64,000 bases of DNA, from the NCBI GenBank assembly GCA_027923505.1, contig BROI01000021.1:1-64000 (forward strand), written 5' to 3'. A program made the translations under genes and the position numbers. The notes beneath the pieces were generated by a model, which saw nothing but the letters and a program-made list of their open reading frames with translations, made no database searches and was not told the origin of the DNA. Numbering within the stretch: position 1 is the first letter of the stretch; every line of letters begins with the position of its first letter. This DNA is from Mayamaea pseudoterrestris (taxonomy: Eukaryota). Shown here one piece after another: positions 1-10,307 of this stretch.

Positions 1-183
1 AGGCGTGAACCTCGACCGTGAACCCAGTGAGAACGAGAAAGAAGCGCACGAGTGAGTAGCGAGTAACATGCACTATTCTAGCAATTGAGTTTGTTTGTTT
101 GCTTTACGCTGGACGAAGAGAGTTGATCGCTCCGAGTCCATTGTAGTCGCTGGAATAAAGGTTCGTCTGATAATATCGTGTCA
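1..183 (+). repeat. 5' LTR (partial)
   Basis: Identical to 6461-6643 except for two 1-bp indels. Ends in ...TAATATCGTGTCA. Confidence 0.93.
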
Positions 184-194
184 GATTAACAGTC
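184..194 (+). promoter_or_regulatory. Putative primer-binding site GATTAACAGTC
   Basis: Lies immediately 3' of the LTR-terminal CA. Its reverse complement GACTGTTAATC matches the anticodon arm of tRNA-Asn(GTT). Confidence 0.6.
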
Positions 195-376
195 TTGCTA
201 GCTTGTCTTGACCTGAGAGAGCTGTGCGAAAAAGAGAGAGTGAAAGAATCGAGAAACTGAGCGAGAAAGAGCAGATTCCTTGCGGCGTCGTCAATCCGAA
301 TACTTGGCACGGCGCGTAGAACAGGATCGTATAAGGCTCGACTGCATTGAGAGCGGTTGTTGTGTAAGAAAGGACT

Positions 377-1276
377 TTGCGGAAAGCGAGGTATTCACTA
401 TCATGGTTGCGATTACTGGGAAGCTTTGCAGCTTCTCTGCACGACGTTTTCGGACGAGACATCCAAGAAGCGTTCTTGTTTTGGAATGTAACCACCACTA
501 CCCAGATGTTGAGATTGACCAAGGAGCAACTAGAAGCCCCCTACTGGGTCGACGGAGCCGCCATTCAGCTGGCGCTGAGCAAGAAGAAGGCGCGCAACCC
601 GACGATGCGCGCAGCGGCGAGAGCCGGCGAAGAACCGGCCGAGAAGCAAGCAGCCGCCGCACGAGAACGATACGGAACGACACTAGCGCCAGTCTACGTG
701 AACCTCATCCTCGATGCATGCGAATGGTTTACGATGCACGACGGACCCCCGAACACCAAGAAATGGGCGTTGCGGGACTTAGGCAAGCTCGAGCGATACC
801 AAGCGGTTCTCGCGGAACAAGAAATCGCGCGAAAGCGTGAAGAAGGATACTACGTACTCGAGTCCAAGAAGAAGCAAGCCGAGCTACTTGCCAAGCAACT
901 CGAAAATGAGAATGTGAAGGCCGAGAAGGCCGAAAAGGAAGAAGATGCCAAGGGTCGTTTCTCGAATCTCAAGACGAAGCGAGATTACAAGGACTACAAA
1001 ACGTTCCAACATCCCCACGCGTGGTTGAGTTGGAGCGCGTCTACCAAGGCAATCGCCAAGCTCCATGGCTGTTCTAACGTGCTCGACAGCAAGTACGTAC
1101 CAGTCACGGAACAAGAGAAGGAAGAGTTCGAGAACCAGCAAATCTTCATGTACACTGCGTTTCGCAATTGCCTCGAAGTCCCTGGATACCAGTCGCTCTT
1201 AATGAAGTACAGCGACAAGTCTGACGCTCAGAGTCTGATCGCGAACTCGCGACCAAGTTTGGTTCCGGCGAGTTAG
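377..1276 (+). CDS. gag: Gag-like protein, N-terminal part (frameshifted into the next ORF near 1245)
   Basis: ORF directly after the PBS, with a coiled-coil and an HGCSNVLDSKYVP motif typical of CoDi Gag. The true start is uncertain (ATG 403 or 506). Confidence 0.7.
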   Translation: MRKARYSLSWLRLLGSFAASLHDVFGRDIQEAFLFWNVTTTTQMLRLTKEQLEAPYWVDGAAIQLALSKKKARNPTMRAAARAGEEPAEKQAAAARERYGTTLAPVYVNLILDACEWFTMHDGPPNTKKWALRDLGKLERYQAVLAEQEIARKREEGYYVLESKKKQAELLAKQLENENVKAEKAEKEEDAKGRFSNLKTKRDYKDYKTFQHPHAWLSWSASTKAIAKLHGCSNVLDSKYVPVTEQEKEEFENQQIFMYTAFRNCLEVPGYQSLLMKYSDKSDAQSLIANSRPSLVPAS

Positions 1277-1309
1277 CTACCATCCAAGCGAACGAACTGC
1301 AAGCCAAGC

Positions 1310-3460
1310 TTGCGCGAGTTCCGCCTAGATTCGACCTGGACGAAAGGGCACTACAAGTTCCTAAACTACATCGAACAGCTCATGAAGAATCTCGAAGAGT
1401 TCCGTCCTGGAGTGACGGATGACAAGAAGAAGTACTACTGGCTCCGAGCTGCAGTGGAGGGTGACGAAGAATTCGGCCCCACGTGCACGACGTTCGACCA
1501 GCACCTGTTATTTGAACGACGACGCATCACCAGTGCAAACGGTGACCCAGACGCCGTCGTAACGGAAGATTATGACTATCTTTTCGACATGTTGTTGCAG
1601 CAGGCTCTGCGCGTCGACAACAAAAACGCCAAGTTGAATAAGGGCAAGAAGAACGCCGACCGCCAAGCGAACAACGCGAACACTTCCGGGCAAGGACGTG
1701 GTAATGGACGCGGTTCCGGTCGCGGCGGAGGACGCGGCGGACAAGGCGGACGCGGCGGTGGACGAGACGGTGGACGCGGTTCCCAAGTGAGCCGCGGTTC
1801 CGGAGGACGAGGCTCTTCCGCGCCACTACCAGCAGCCGGTACGCAAGCGCATTGGGAACGATTCCCTGGTGATTATCTGAACTTTGAACAGTTGTTGCAG
1901 AACCCCTGGTCTTACATGTCGTATGAACGACTCGGCCGACTTAACGAGGACGAATACGCTCAGCTCATGGCTCGACGCGAAGCCGTCCCAAGACCCGCCA
2001 CGACAAGACGCGCGAACAATGGCAACCGCGCGAATAACCAGCAGTCACAAGCGGCTGCATCGGTGCCTGGTACAATCTTGTATCAGAATGACGCTGTCTC
2101 GATCGCCCCGACGACAGCCACTCAAGGTGCACCGGATGACATGATTAGATCTTTCCTTGCGAACGCCGCGTCGTCTCGCACTCAAGCTGCGAATAACACC
2201 CAGCAAGAGTTTATGGGAAGCGACGGCCGTCGGTACCGAGGTATCGTGCGCTACACTGTGAATCGAGCTCGCAGCAACGAGACCCGCCAAGGATCGCTGA
2301 TTGACGGCGGTGCGAACGGTGGACTCGCTGGAAGCGATATGAGAATCTTGAGTACTACCAACCACACGTGTAACGTGACAGGTTTGAGCGACCACACGGT
2401 TCGCGACCTTCAAGTCGGAACTGGCGTCGCATTGATTGAGACTCGGACTGGACCCATTATCGGTCAGTTCAACCAGTATGCTTTATACGACGGCGCTGAA
2501 TCCATTCATGCTCCGTCGCAGCTTCGTTCGTTCGGCCATCTGATTGACGACGTCGCTCGCTCCCAGAATGGAGCACAAGCCATTGTCACCAGTTGTGGCA
2601 AGACCATCCCCTTGGCGATCCGTGACGGCTTGCCTCGTATGGATATGCGTCCACCGACGGATGCAGAGTTGGAAATGTATCCGACGGTCATTTTCTCTGC
2701 GGACACCCTATGGGATCCGGCGGAGTTGGATAATGAATGGAACGAAGAAGAACTTGAGTTTAATCGTCACCTCGACGAATTGGAAGAAACCCACGGTTTC
2801 GTCGACGCCCGCATGGATGACTTCGGCGACGCCACCTACCGGAACAACATGAACTCAGTGGAACGTGTGGTGCAGTATGTCGATCGCAATCAGGCTGATA
2901 CGACGCGCCAAGCCAATTACGACGGCATCATGCCACAAGAACCTGACTACCAAGCGCTTCGACCCTACCTTGGCTACACGCCACTTGAACGAGTCAAGCG
3001 CACCATCAAGAATACGACACAGCTTTTCCGTGCATCGGCACACACCCCATTTCGCCAACACTTTAAGTCGCGATTCCCTGCCGCCAATGTGGTTCGTTTC
3101 CATGACGATACGGCGACAGATACCTGGTTTTCCAAGGAACCCGCCTTTAACGACGGAATCCGCGGCCATGGCGGATGCAAGATGATGCAACTGTTCGTCG
3201 GCAAGAAGAGTCTGCTGACGAGGGGATACCCACTGAGAACCGAGAGTGACATGCCCATGGCGCTCGAAGACTTCATTCGAGACATTGGCGCTCCCGACTT
3301 GCTCATTAGCGATAACTCGCGAGTGCAGCTCGGGAAGCAAGTTGAAACCTTGTTGCGATTCTACGCGTCGCGACCAACAGAGCTGAGCCCGGATACCAGA
3401 ACCAGAACCCTGCCGAGCGTCGCATCCAAGAAGTCAAGTCATCAGTTCAAAACATCATGA
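1310..3460 (+). CDS. pol: Gag C-terminus (RG-rich), aspartic protease and integrase N-terminal/core part (frameshifted near 3370)
   Basis: RGG-rich nucleocapsid-like tract, protease motif LIDGGANGG, integrase motifs ATDTWF and LISDN. The PxxQNQNPAER motif is in another frame. Confidence 0.8.
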   Translation: MREFRLDSTWTKGHYKFLNYIEQLMKNLEEFRPGVTDDKKKYYWLRAAVEGDEEFGPTCTTFDQHLLFERRRITSANGDPDAVVTEDYDYLFDMLLQQALRVDNKNAKLNKGKKNADRQANNANTSGQGRGNGRGSGRGGGRGGQGGRGGGRDGGRGSQVSRGSGGRGSSAPLPAAGTQAHWERFPGDYLNFEQLLQNPWSYMSYERLGRLNEDEYAQLMARREAVPRPATTRRANNGNRANNQQSQAAASVPGTILYQNDAVSIAPTTATQGAPDDMIRSFLANAASSRTQAANNTQQEFMGSDGRRYRGIVRYTVNRARSNETRQGSLIDGGANGGLAGSDMRILSTTNHTCNVTGLSDHTVRDLQVGTGVALIETRTGPIIGQFNQYALYDGAESIHAPSQLRSFGHLIDDVARSQNGAQAIVTSCGKTIPLAIRDGLPRMDMRPPTDAELEMYPTVIFSADTLWDPAELDNEWNEEELEFNRHLDELEETHGFVDARMDDFGDATYRNNMNSVERVVQYVDRNQADTTRQANYDGIMPQEPDYQALRPYLGYTPLERVKRTIKNTTQLFRASAHTPFRQHFKSRFPAANVVRFHDDTATDTWFSKEPAFNDGIRGHGGCKMMQLFVGKKSLLTRGYPLRTESDMPMALEDFIRDIGAPDLLISDNSRVQLGKQVETLLRFYASRPTELSPDTRTRTLPSVASKKSSHQFKTS

Positions 3461-6303
3461 ACCGTGCACGGGCGCACCCGCTGGAGCCTGGCTCGGCGCT
3501 GTACGTAATCGCCTTATTCAACAATCTGGCGACCGAGTCCCTCAACTGGAAGACCCCTACTGAAGCCGCCTTCAACCGAGTACCCGACATTTCGCCGTTC
3601 CTGCAGTTCAAGTTCTGGGAACGAGTCCTGTACGAAGCTGGAGCCGACGAGCCGCCGACATTTCCTCACACCAAGGAAGCAGCAGGACGCTGGGTCGGCA
3701 TTGCAGAGAACAAGGGTGACATCCTCACGTACCAAGTTCGATCTGATCGGACTGGAATGGTTGTCGTCCGATCCAATGTTCGTCCCTTCTCCGAAGGACG
3801 TAACCTACGCGCTGAAGCCGAAAGCGCCCCTGAACCCGAGTCCGAACGACCACTGTTCGCGGAACCTGTCTTTGACGCGCGCCCTGCGCGTGAACGAGTC
3901 CAAGTCGAAACTGTCGACGAGTTTGACGATGAGTATGACCTAGTCGGTCCGGTGTTTGAACACGACCTTACACCGACCCCAGCGCCTGATTCTGGGGGAA
4001 CCGTGGATGATGACGCATTCACGTTGGAAAGCGCTGCCGAGTTAGCCGGTTTGGATCCTGACGGACCCATGCCGTCCTTTACTCCGGCTGAACTGATGGG
4101 ACGCACTGTCCTTCTTGACGAGGAAGACGGCTCCACGCGACGTTACAAGGTTATCGAGCAACTGAACGATCGCGATGAAGCCAATCACAAGATCATCAAG
4201 TTCCGATTGAGTCTCGGAGACGGCGACGTCGACGAGCTTATTACCTACAACGAACTAGCCGACCTGTGCGAGCGGCAAGATTCTTTACGACTGGGGGACG
4301 ATGACAACGACGACCAGTACTACAAGTTTGATTTCATTGACGGACATGAAGGTCCACTGACACAAGCCGACGCTACGTATCGCGGCTCATCCTACAACTT
4401 GCTCATCCAATGGGCAAATGGCGAGAAGACCTGGGAGCCACTCGCATTGATTATCAAGTCCGACCCTGTGACCGTTGCCGAGTACGGCAAGCGCAAGGGT
4501 ATGCTGGACAAGGATGGATGGAAGCGCTTGAAGCGCATGGCAGGACGCACTAAAATGTTTAACCGCATGTGCAAGGCTGCAAAGAAGAACCGTGTCCAAG
4601 AAGCGCGTTTCAAGTTTGGCGTTCAAGTTCCTAATACCTGGAAGGAAGCGAACCGCCTCGACGCTGCTAATGGAAACACCCTGTGGGCTGACGCCGTCAA
4701 GACTGAGATGGAGCAGCTACACGAGTACGACACTTTCATCGACAAGGGCATCGGTGCCTTCATGGAAAGTGACTGGAAGCGCATCAACGCGCATCTTGTT
4801 TTCGACTGCAAGAACGATCTACGACGTAAGGCCCGACTCGTCGCCGGGGGACATTTGACCGCTCCGCCCAAGGACTCCGCCTACTCCGGCGTTGTATCTA
4901 TGCGAAGCATTCGAACCATAGCACTGTTAGCTGAACTGAACGACCTCAAGTTTTGGGCTGCCGATGTCGGTAACGCCTACCTCGAGGCCAAGACCAAGGA
5001 AAAGGTCTACATTGTTGCCGGTCCCGAGTTTGGACCATTGGAAGGCCATACCTTGGTCATCTACAAGGCACTATACGGATTGCGCACTTCTGGCGCGCGT
5101 TGGCATGAGCACTTTGCCGACACACTCCGCGATATTGGATTCTACCCAAGCTACGCGGACCCTGACGTCTGGATGAAAGACTGTGGCACTCACTACGAGT
5201 ACGTCGGCGTGTTCGTCGACGATCTGGCTATGGCCATGAAAGATCCACAAGCCTTCACAGACCTCCTCAAGGAGAAGTACAAGTACAAGTTGAAGGGCGT
5301 TGGTGACATCAAGTACCACCTTGGAGCCGACTTCTATCGTGATCCCGATGGAACCCTCTGCATGAGCGCGAAGACCTACGTCGGTCGCATGCTCAAGAAC
5401 TACGAGACCATGTTTGGCGAGAAACCACGCAAGCGCAAGTCACCGCTTGACGACGGGGACCACCCCGAACTTGACCTTACCGAAGAGCTGGATGCCCGTG
5501 GCATTCAACAGTACCAGTCTCTTATCGGTGCCCTCCAGTGGGCAGTGACCCTATGTCGACTAGACATTCATTGTGCCGTAATGACACTTGGCCGATTCCG
5601 CTGCGCCCCGCGCCGTGGACACCTGGACCAAGCCAAGCGAGTCTGCGGTTACCTAGCTGAGTACCCTGATGCGGCGATTTGTTTCCGGACGAAGATCGTC
5701 GATCACGGGGAACCTACCAAGTATGATTGGTTGCAATCGGTCTACGGCAACTCAAGCGAAGAGCTTCCGTGGAACATGCCGATCCCGAAGGGCAAGCCTG
5801 TGCAACTAACTACCTTTATGGACGCGAACCTGTACCATGATTACACTACTGGACGTTCCGCAATGGGAGTCCTGCATTTCCTGAACCAGACGCCCGTCGA
5901 ATGGTTCTGCAAGCGTCAGAATACTGTCGAGACTGCAACGTACGGATCCGAGTTCGTCGTCGCCAAGACTGCGACGGAACAGATTATGGATTTCCGATAC
6001 TCCCTACGCATGTTGGGAGTTCCTTTGAGTGGACCAGCCTGGATGTTCGGCGACAACGAAAGTGTCAAGAAGTCGTCAACGATCCCGCACTCCACACTTT
6101 CTAAGCGACACAATGCGCTCGCCTACCACCGAGTTCGCGAGGCCATTGCAAGCAATGTTCTGTACTTTGAGCACATCTTCGGCAAGCAGAACGTCGCCGA
6201 CGTTCTTACCAAGTTCTTGCCGCATGCCACGTTCCGACCCCTGGTCATTCCGATTCTTTTCTGGAAGGGTGATACGGCAAACCGATCGTTGTCACAAGCC
6301 TAG
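3457..6303 (+). CDS. pol: Pol C-terminal part: integrase C-terminus, chromodomain-like segment, reverse transcriptase, RNase H
   Basis: RRKARLVAGGH, ADVGNAYLEA, KALYGLRTSG, VFVDDL; RNase H motifs DAN, GSEF, DNES, ADVLTK. Segment LIQWANGEKTWEP precedes the RT. Confidence 0.93.
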   Translation: MNRARAHPLEPGSALYVIALFNNLATESLNWKTPTEAAFNRVPDISPFLQFKFWERVLYEAGADEPPTFPHTKEAAGRWVGIAENKGDILTYQVRSDRTGMVVVRSNVRPFSEGRNLRAEAESAPEPESERPLFAEPVFDARPARERVQVETVDEFDDEYDLVGPVFEHDLTPTPAPDSGGTVDDDAFTLESAAELAGLDPDGPMPSFTPAELMGRTVLLDEEDGSTRRYKVIEQLNDRDEANHKIIKFRLSLGDGDVDELITYNELADLCERQDSLRLGDDDNDDQYYKFDFIDGHEGPLTQADATYRGSSYNLLIQWANGEKTWEPLALIIKSDPVTVAEYGKRKGMLDKDGWKRLKRMAGRTKMFNRMCKAAKKNRVQEARFKFGVQVPNTWKEANRLDAANGNTLWADAVKTEMEQLHEYDTFIDKGIGAFMESDWKRINAHLVFDCKNDLRRKARLVAGGHLTAPPKDSAYSGVVSMRSIRTIALLAELNDLKFWAADVGNAYLEAKTKEKVYIVAGPEFGPLEGHTLVIYKALYGLRTSGARWHEHFADTLRDIGFYPSYADPDVWMKDCGTHYEYVGVFVDDLAMAMKDPQAFTDLLKEKYKYKLKGVGDIKYHLGADFYRDPDGTLCMSAKTYVGRMLKNYETMFGEKPRKRKSPLDDGDHPELDLTEELDARGIQQYQSLIGALQWAVTLCRLDIHCAVMTLGRFRCAPRRGHLDQAKRVCGYLAEYPDAAICFRTKIVDHGEPTKYDWLQSVYGNSSEELPWNMPIPKGKPVQLTTFMDANLYHDYTTGRSAMGVLHFLNQTPVEWFCKRQNTVETATYGSEFVVAKTATEQIMDFRYSLRMLGVPLSGPAWMFGDNESVKKSSTIPHSTLSKRHNALAYHRVREAIASNVLYFEHIFGKQNVADVLTKFLPHATFRPLVIPILFWKGDTANRSLSQA

Positions 6304-6306
6304 ATC

Positions 6307-6314
6307 AAGGGGGA
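6307..6314 (+). promoter_or_regulatory. Polypurine tract AAGGGGGA
   Basis: Purine run between the pol stop codon and the TG that starts the 3' LTR. Confidence 0.8.
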
Positions 6315-6643
6315 TGACACAATATTATTGAGTTGAGTTGACCTGCGTCTTATGACAAGACGGTTAGCTACCTGTGTTTTGTATGCATTTAATCCTGTGC
6401 AGGGTTGAGTCACACTTGTGACCGAATCCTCACATACATGAGTGAAATCGCTGACGATCGAGGCGTGAACCTCGACCGTGAACCCAGTGAGAACGAGAAA
6501 GAAGCGCACGAGTAGAGTAGCGAGTAACATGCACTATTCTAGCAATTGAGTTTGTTTGTTTGCTTTACGCTGGACGAAGAGGTTGATCGCTCCGAGTCCA
6601 TTGTAGTCGCTGGAATAAAGGTTCGTCTGATAATATCGTGTCA
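6315..6643 (+). repeat. 3' LTR (329 bp, TG...CA)
   Basis: Starts TGACACAATATTA and ends TAATATCGTGTCA, a 13-bp terminal inverted repeat with one mismatch. Contains AATAAA at about 6614. Confidence 0.93.
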
Positions 6644-8684
6644 TGAATGTCAAGGCATCTCCGGACTGAGACTGGTGACAACTTGTCACCAATCACATTG
6701 CAGTCTACTAGGACATCAACCAGGCATGTCATCTTGTAGCGCAGCCTGAATAATGATGTTGGCACCATTCGGGTGTGATTTGGGTGTAGACATGGCTTGT
6801 TATAGGGCAATTGAATGTCATGGCATCTCCGGGCTGAGACTGGTGACAACTTGTCACCAATCACATTGCAGTCTACTGAGACATCAACCAGGCATGTCAT
6901 CTTGTAGCGCAGCCTGAATAATGATGTTGGCACCATTCTGGTGTGATTTGGGTGTAGACGTGGCATGTTATAGGGGCAATTGAATGTCAAGGCATCTCCG
7001 GACTGAGACTGGTGACAACTTGTCACCAATCACATTGCAGTCTACTGAGACAATATCCAGGTGTACCATTTTGTAGCGCAGCCTGAATAATGATGTTGGC
7101 ACCATTCTGGTGTGATTTGGGTGTAGACGTGGCATGTTATAGGGGCGATTGAATGTCAAGGCATCTCCGGGCTGAGACTGGTGACAACTTGTCACCAATC
7201 ACATTGCAGTCTACTGAGACATTGACCAGGCATACCATTTTGTAGCGCAGCCTGTATAATGATGATGGCACCATTCTGGTGTGATTTGGGTGTTGACATG
7301 GCATGTTTTAGGGGCAATTGAATGTCAAGGCATCTCCTGGCTGAGACTGGTGACAACTTGTCGCCAATCACATTGCAGTTTACTGAGACATTTACCAGGC
7401 ATACCATTTTGTAGCGCAGCCTGTATAATGATGTTGGCACCATTCTGGTGTGATTTGGATGTAGACATGGCATGTTATACTAGGGGCAATTGAATGTCAA
7501 GGCATCTCCAGGCTGAGACTGGTGCCAACTTGTCACCAATCACATTGCAGTCTACTGAGACATTTACCAGGCAAATCATATTGTAGCGCAGCCTGAATAT
7601 AGATGTTGGCACCATTCTGATGTGATTTGGGTGTAGACATGGCATGTTATAGGGGCAATTGAATGTCAAGGCATCTCCGGGCTGAGACTGGTGACAACTT
7701 GTCACCAATCACATTGCAGTCTACCGAGACATTGACCAGGCGTACCATTTTGTAGCGCAGCCTGAATAATGATGTTGGCACCATTCTGGTGTGATTTGGG
7801 TGTTGACATGGCATGTTTTAGGGGCAATTGAATGTCAAGGCATCTCCTGGCTGAGACTGGTGACAACTTGTCACCAATCACATTGCAGTCTACTGAGACA
7901 TTAACCAGGCATACCATCTTGTTGCGCAGCCTGAATAATGATGTTGGCACCATTCTGGTGTGATTTGGGTGTAGACGTGGCATGGTATAGGGGCGATTGA
8001 ATGTCAAGGCATCTCCGAACTGAGACTGGTGACAACTTGTCACCAATCACATTGCAGTCTACTGAGACATTTACCAGGCATATCATATTGTAGCGCAGCC
8101 TGAATAATGATGTTGGCACCATTCTGATGTGATTTGGGTGTAGACATGGCATGTTATAGGGGCAATTGAATGTCAAGGCATCTCCGGGCTGAGACTGGTG
8201 ACAACTTGTCACCAATCACATTGCAGTCTACTGAGACATTTACCAGGCATATCATATTGTAGCGCAGCCTGAATAATGATGTTGGCACCATTCTGATGTG
8301 ATTTGGGTGTAGACATGGCATGTTATAGGGGCAATTGAATGTCAAGGCATCTCCGGGCTGAGACTGGTGACAACTTGTCACCAATCACATTGCAGTCTAC
8401 TGAGACTCGAGCCAGGCATACCATCTTGTTGCGCAGCCTGAATAATGATGTTGGCACCATTCTGGTGTGATTTGGGTGTAGACGTGGCATGTTATAGGGG
8501 CAATTGAATGTCAAGGCATCTCCGGGCTGAGACTGGTGACAACTTGTCACCAATCACATTGCGGTTTGCTGAGACATTGACCAGGCATACCATTTTGTAG
8601 CGCAGCCTGAATAATGATGTTGGCACCATTCTGGTGTGATTTGGGTGTAGACATGGCATGTTATAGGGGCAATGGAATGTCAAG
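6644..8684. repeat. 169-bp tandem satellite, about 12 units
   Basis: The motif TGAATGTCA recurs at 6644, 6812, 6981, 7150, 7319, 7491, 7660, 7829, 7998, 8167, 8336 and 8505, with a partial unit at 8674. Whole units are highly similar. Confidence 0.97.
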
Positions 8685-8787
8685 TTAACATCAGCTGGCT
8701 GAGACCCTGGATACCGGTACGATTCGGTCGGTCGGACAACAGATTTTAACCTCATCGACCCAGCCCTGCAGGGTTGATTTAAATACG

Positions 8788-9555
8788 ATGATTGATGCTA
8801 CGGCTGCACCAAGGAACGACGATGGGAATGGTCGAACGCCTTTCCTTGTTATTCAGGAGATACCAATCTTCTTTTCGGAAGACTGGAGCACAGGAATTGG
8901 TGGCGGCTTGTGGAGCACGGGCCGCATGATGGCTCACTTTTTTGCATCAAGTCACGCACGTCGTTTGATCACAAACATTTCTCGCGACCATAATTTGACA
9001 GTACTGGAACTAGGAAGTGGAAATGGACTCTTGTCGGTCTGTTTCATGGCGCTTGGCAAGGAGTTTGTCAAACATTTGGTGGTGACTGACATGGAAGATC
9101 ATTTGAACCTCATTCGGCAAACCATTGCCGCCAATTCACACTTGATCAGTACATCCTCTTCATCAGAAGTAATTGTTGTGGAGCATAAGTGGGGTGTCTT
9201 TGAACCGCGCGACGAGATTCATGACTCATCGTTGGAAGCTCAAGTACGACAAGCTGCCTGCAAGTTTGATTTGATTCTTGGATCCGACGTGGCATATCAT
9301 CCATCACTGTACAAACCACTGATTGCCTCACTCAAAGCTTTCTGTCACGAATCAACCGTCGCGTTGATTGGAGTCACCATGCTAGATACGACGGTGGAAT
9401 TCTTTGACATGCTATGGAGCGCAGGATTTTGCTACGAACGGACCGTTGACGCCTTGATTGATCCAGTCGAATTTCGCGGCACTACTTTTGGGCTATTCAT
9501 TGTACGACGAAGAAAGCCAAAGGCGGTTATTCAATTCAAGAAGTCGAGTCGATAG
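8788..9555 (+). CDS. SAM-dependent protein-lysine methyltransferase (METTL21/Methyltransf_16-like), copy 1
   Basis: GIGGGLW, motif I VLELGSGNG, VVTD, HKWG, FDLILGSDVAY (DxxY). Confidence 0.88.
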   Translation: MIDATAAPRNDDGNGRTPFLVIQEIPIFFSEDWSTGIGGGLWSTGRMMAHFFASSHARRLITNISRDHNLTVLELGSGNGLLSVCFMALGKEFVKHLVVTDMEDHLNLIRQTIAANSHLISTSSSSEVIVVEHKWGVFEPRDEIHDSSLEAQVRQAACKFDLILGSDVAYHPSLYKPLIASLKAFCHESTVALIGVTMLDTTVEFFDMLWSAGFCYERTVDALIDPVEFRGTTFGLFIVRRRKPKAVIQFKKSSR

Positions 9556-9925
9556 TAGGTGGTTAAGGTTGGGCTACAAGCACGTGACCATTCCCTGGAA
9601 TGTGCGATGCTGCTGCGGCAATCAATCTCATGGCAACTAACGCAGCTTTGGCATTTGATAAAAAGCACTGCTATTTTGTATAAGAACACATATCTCTTAT
9701 TTAGCTGTAAGGTGTACTCACAGACTTAAACATGATGACTGTGAATGAATCGCGCATAATATTATTCCGTCGGATGTGTTTGTCCGACTGGTTCTCGCTT
9801 CACGCGCCGATTGCTTCTGCGACCAAGACGATACAAGGCCAAGTAGTACAATACAAATCCAAGCTTGTTATTTCTCTTTCATGTCCAAATCTTACGTACA
9901 GTTACTGACGATATAACATTCGGCT

Positions 9926-10204
9926 CTCGAGCCAGGCATACCATCTTGTTGCGCAGCCTGAATAATGATGTTGGCACCATTCTGGTGTGATTTGGGTGTA
10001 GACGTGGCATGTTATAGGGGCAATTGAATGTCAAGGCATCTCCGGGCTGAGACTGGTGACAACTTGTCACCAATCACATTGCGGTTTGCTGAGACATTGA
10101 CCAGGCATACCATTTTGTAGCGCAGCCTGAATAATGATGTTGGCACCATTCTGGTGTGATTTGGGTGTAGACATGGCATGTTATAGGGGCAATGGAATGT
10201 CAAG
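9926..10204. repeat. About 1.6 units of the 169-bp satellite carried in the duplication
   Basis: Identical to 8406-8684. Confidence 0.93.
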
Positions 10205-10307
10205 TTAACATCAGCTGGCTGAGACCCTGGATACCGGTACGATTCGGTCGGTCGGACAACAGATTTTAACCTCATCGACCCAGCCCTGCAGGGTTGATTT
10301 AAATACG

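Larger units (their letters stand above)
1..6643 (+). mobile_element. Ty1/Copia LTR retrotransposon (CoDi-like), 5' LTR truncated by the window edge
   Basis: Bases 1-183 repeat at 6461-6643. Domain order is gag, protease (LIDGGANGG), integrase, RT (ADVGNAYL, YGLRTSG, FVDD), RNase H (FMDAN, TYGSEF, GDNESV, ADVLTK). A polypurine tract precedes the 3' LTR. Confidence 0.96.

Noticed and set aside
1240..1310. Programmed ribosomal frameshift in gag-pol
   Set aside because: No clear slippery site, and the break falls within Gag with further breaks in integrase.
6644..8684. CRISPR-like array or repeat-protein gene (MVTSCHQSQ... ORFs)
   Set aside because: Whole 169-bp units are conserved with no unique spacers. 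The period is not a multiple of 3, so the ORFs are incidental.
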